Source: Centruroides vittatus (Eukaryota). From it: 64,000 nt of DNA. Under the pieces are notes generated by a model, which did not search any database, was not told the DNA's origin, and worked only from the letters and a program-made list of their open reading frames with translations. The stretch spans positions 5,930,248-5,994,247 of the forward strand of contig NW_027122708.1 in assembly GCF_030686945.1 (NCBI RefSeq), given 5' to 3'. Of this stretch, positions 60,701-64,000 are shown in pieces (positions within the stretch are counted from its first letter, which is position 1; the number at the start of each line of letters is the position of its first letter). Made by a program: the position numbers and the translations under genes.

Positions 60701-62754
60701 AGTTTCATCATTTTCATCTCTAACAATTCATTATTTAGGCCTATTTCTTCCTCCTCTTCTGAAAAATTACAGGATGAATAGGGCCTTAGCCCATCTGACC
60801 TTCCCTGAAATCTTATTGGTCTCCGATTTTGATGTGTACAAAATTTATGACCTAAGAACTGAAGGAACATCAGAAAACAGTTACTAATTAAATTGATTAG
60901 GTCCAGATGACCTGATTGACTGATATATGACGTCTCCCTGTTGAATGTTATGAATGTCTTAAAAGCTAACAACTGTATTTCTCACACCTGGGTTGGAGTT
61001 TTACAAAGGGGTTTGCAGACCAAAACATGGAACTGAACCCAACTTAAACACAGTCCAGGTGGCATGATTGATTTTAAGGCGATCAACAACACTTAAATGT
61101 TTTATTGTTTGTTAGGCCACATTTATGTTATAACCATTAGTTTTTCTTTGATAAGCCACAGCTTAACATCCCAGAAATATGGTAAGTGTTTCACATTAAA
61201 TTTGCTTGATTAAATGATAGAAATATGTAATATGTATTATTTTCTTTAAAATTATGTACTCTCCTGCAGAAAAGTTTACTCTTGTAAACTTTTACAACCC
61301 AGTACATAATTATTATTAATAATAGCATTAAAAATCCACAAAATAAAATCTATTAATTTATTTTTACAGTTTTCAAATAGTTTGGTTGAATTAGATTATT
61401 CCACATTTAAATATAGTACTTTTTCATGAATCTAGAAAGTTGGGTGTAGATCTTTTTGCAAATAAAACTGGAACATTAAACCATTGCATTGTTTTACTTT
61501 AGCACAGCAGTCACAAAGATTGCTGATTCTTGATACAGTCTAACCTCCAATAATGGCCACTTCTAAACAGCCATTTTTTCAGAAACTTTTATTTTTTCTT
61601 ATAAATTATACTTTTTCCTTCAAATTATATCTTTTTAAATTAATAACTTTTGAAGTTATAATTTTATAAAAGTGAAAAAGTACATATTTTAAATTAAAGT
61701 TCCATGCTCTCTATTCCCATCTTCAAATATCAATAGTAATTTTTCACTGCTAGTCTACTGTTTAAAACTAAGTTTCACAACTGTGCCACAAATTAAAAAT
61801 TGTTGAAAAAAACTGATTTTTATATCTATTAAATGCTTTAGTATATTATTTTCTAAAATACACTTAATTAATTATTAATTTTTATAACTGAACCAAATTG
61901 ATGCAGAAAAGAAACAAACCTTTTGTAAAACATAAAAATTATAACATTTTGTTTATGTAAGCTATAACTAAATTGATTACTAATTATATATACAATTAAA
62001 TACAGTTTTAAAAAGTCTTAACTTTAAAACTACAGTGTTTAAAATTATAAATAAATAATATATACTGTTTAACATTACTTGGCATTTAACTGGTATCTGA
62101 TCACTATTGATCCATTTATCTTCATAAACTTCACTGATTGTTTCCATTAAACTTTTACTAGCAACTTGCATGGCTAAATAAATTTAAATATATTATAATA
62201 CTTATAATTAAAAAGCAATATTATTATTATTTATAGTTTACAGTAACATAATTTCATGCAGATAACCCACAGATTATGCATGTTTAAAAGATAATATGAA
62301 AGAGTATTCAGATTGTGAACTGGGTGCAAAATTGTATGCTGATTTAAAATTACAATTACAAAATCACCAAACAGCTTTTCCTTTGTCTGAAATCACTTAC
62401 ATGCATTTTTAAAATGTGTAAAGAATCCTTTGTGCACTGCAAACATATTCATCTACCATCACAAATTTTTCAGAAACTACAAAATACATGCATACATACA
62501 TGTCATATTTAGTTCATTTCAATTCATTTTTTGTGTGTTAATCCAGACCTTAATTATTATTATTTTTATTATTTGAGACACCTATTCAAACTCATATGTT
62601 AACAGCTGATAAATTTTCAGTTAATTCTCCTCTGTATAATGCTATCATTGCACAGACTATTTAACTATTTAGAAACTGGTTGATGAGTTTATTGTATGTT
62701 AATTCATTGCATTTTTTATTGTTATAACCTTAATTTTGATAATTAAATTAATTA

Positions 62755-63861
62755 TACAGTAAGATTCTGCTTAATGCTGCCTCGTTTAACGCTGATTCGA
62801 TATAATGTGGTCTGCTCAAAGTCTTAAAAAAAAAAACCTCAAAATTTAAGCCAATTCAAATTATTTCAGCTTTTCATCGATTTGTATATAATACGATTAT
62901 TTATGAACATGAACCAATCAGAAAAAGGTGGCAATTTATCGTAGTGCTGTACTTCCCTTAAATCTATGTTTGTTTTGTGCAATTTTTTGTGTAAAAAACA
63001 TTACATCATGGATGCCATAGGCAATATCGACTTCGCTTGGCAAGAACTAACTGATAAATGCATGAACGGAGTGTGGAAGAAGTTATGGCTGAAACAATCC
63101 AAGAATTTTCAACGAGAAGAACCCATTGCTGTATCGTTAGGTTGACCACATTGTCAACCTAATCGATAATTCCTCAATATTATGTAAACCAGTAATTCTT
63201 CAATATCTTGCTCGTCTATATCTTCTAGTCCTGCTGTATCATTAGGTTGACCAAATTGTCAACTTAACGATACAGCAGGAATAGAAGATATAGACGAGCA
63301 AGATATTAAGAAATTACTGCAGGTTTCTGGTGAAAGCCTTACCAACGATGACCTTCAAGAACTGGAAAATAGTGATTCTGAAAATGAAGAACCCAGAGAA
63401 TTTCTCTACAGATTTCCTTAGTAAAAGTTTAGTAACAATAACCAAAATCGTTGATCAAATTGTAGTGAATGATCCAAATTTAGAAAGGAGTGCAAAAGCA
63501 AAACAAGGCATTTTGGATGCGATCTCTTGCTACCGACATTTGCTTAAGGAAAGAAAAAAGTGACAAATGAAACTACACAACTTTATCGCAAAAAACAAGA
63601 ATTTTAGAAAAACTGGGATCTTCTTCACAAAAAATGAACTTTACATTTCTGTGTGCATACGTTTGTGTGTTATTTAAAATATATTATTATGCAAATTAAT
63701 ATAAAAATAACTTAAAATTAAAGTAAAATCTGTTTATTTTTTATCGTGTGTTCCCTTTTCCCTATTTACTCAATGTTAAAATGACTTCATTTAACGCTGT
63801 TTCGTTTAGAGCTTTGGTCGTCTAGGAACGCATCCCCCGCGTTAAGAGAGGTCTTACTGTA
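62755..63861 (+). mobile_element. Internally deleted pogo/Tigger-like DNA transposon of about 1.1 kb. Terminal inverted repeats tacagtaaga..ctcttaa(c/t)gc, TA target duplication, a transposase C-terminal remnant at 63000-63570, and a nested 190-bp palindromic insertion at 63128-63319.
   Basis: The left tacagtaagattctgcttaatgc matches the reverse complement of the right end, atacagtaagacctctcttaacgc. The translated LTNDDLQELENSDSENEEP and downstream basic C-terminus resemble Tigger transposase tails. Confidence 0.55.
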
Positions 63862-64000
63862 TATACTTAAAACAACAGCCTTAGCTTAACTGTGCAATAT
63901 TTCTCCTTGTTTACACAACAGCATTACTTTCTGCTTTAATACCAAGTTGAAACTAAATATGTCAGACATTTTACCAATATTTTTTTTACAATTATTTTTT

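Noticed and set aside
1-64000. Search for prokaryotic-style novel systems such as operons, CRISPR arrays or defence islands
   Set aside because: The window is eukaryotic, with spliced exons, LINE, copia and mariner elements, a NUMT and TTAGG repeats. There are no co-oriented dense gene arrays, ribosome-binding-site or promoter architecture, or CRISPR-like repeat-spacer arrays.

Overview
This window is eukaryotic nuclear DNA, not a prokaryotic locus. It is about 70% AT and carries spliced exons with GT/AG introns, poly(A)/(GT)n/(TA)n microsatellites, (TTAGG)n arthropod telomere units and many DNA and RNA transposons, so the host is most likely an arthropod, probably an insect. I found no operon or defence-system-like structure. 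The main content is as follows. (1) A nuclear mitochondrial insertion (NUMT) of about 3.2 kb at about 6060-9250 with a contiguous mitochondrial block: cytb 3' end, trnS(UCN), nad1, trnL, 16S rRNA, trnV and 12S rRNA. The genes are all in one orientation and nad1 is frameshifted in a homopolymer. (2) A full-length non-LTR retrotransposon (LINE) at about 33400-38030 with intact ORF1 (coiled-coil) and ORF2 (AP endonuclease, reverse transcriptase, C-terminal CCHC). It is potentially active. (3) A copia-like gag/integrase/RT remnant at 42793-45724 abutting a cathepsin-L-like cysteine-protease fragment. (4) A degraded mariner nested between about 250-bp inverted repeats at 18144-20229, two further mariner fragments and a pogo/Tigger-like remnant. 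(5) A palindromic miniature inverted-repeat transposable element (MITE) family carrying (TTAGG)3, in at least two copies plus a fragment. There are also many other foldback/MITE elements, several with TA target duplications and CAGT termini. (6) The 3'-terminal exons of a host gene ending in an SH3 domain at 14693-17600, whose 2.5 kb intron carries repeats. Coordinates for RNA genes and transposable-element ends are approximate because they were derived by eye from motifs.
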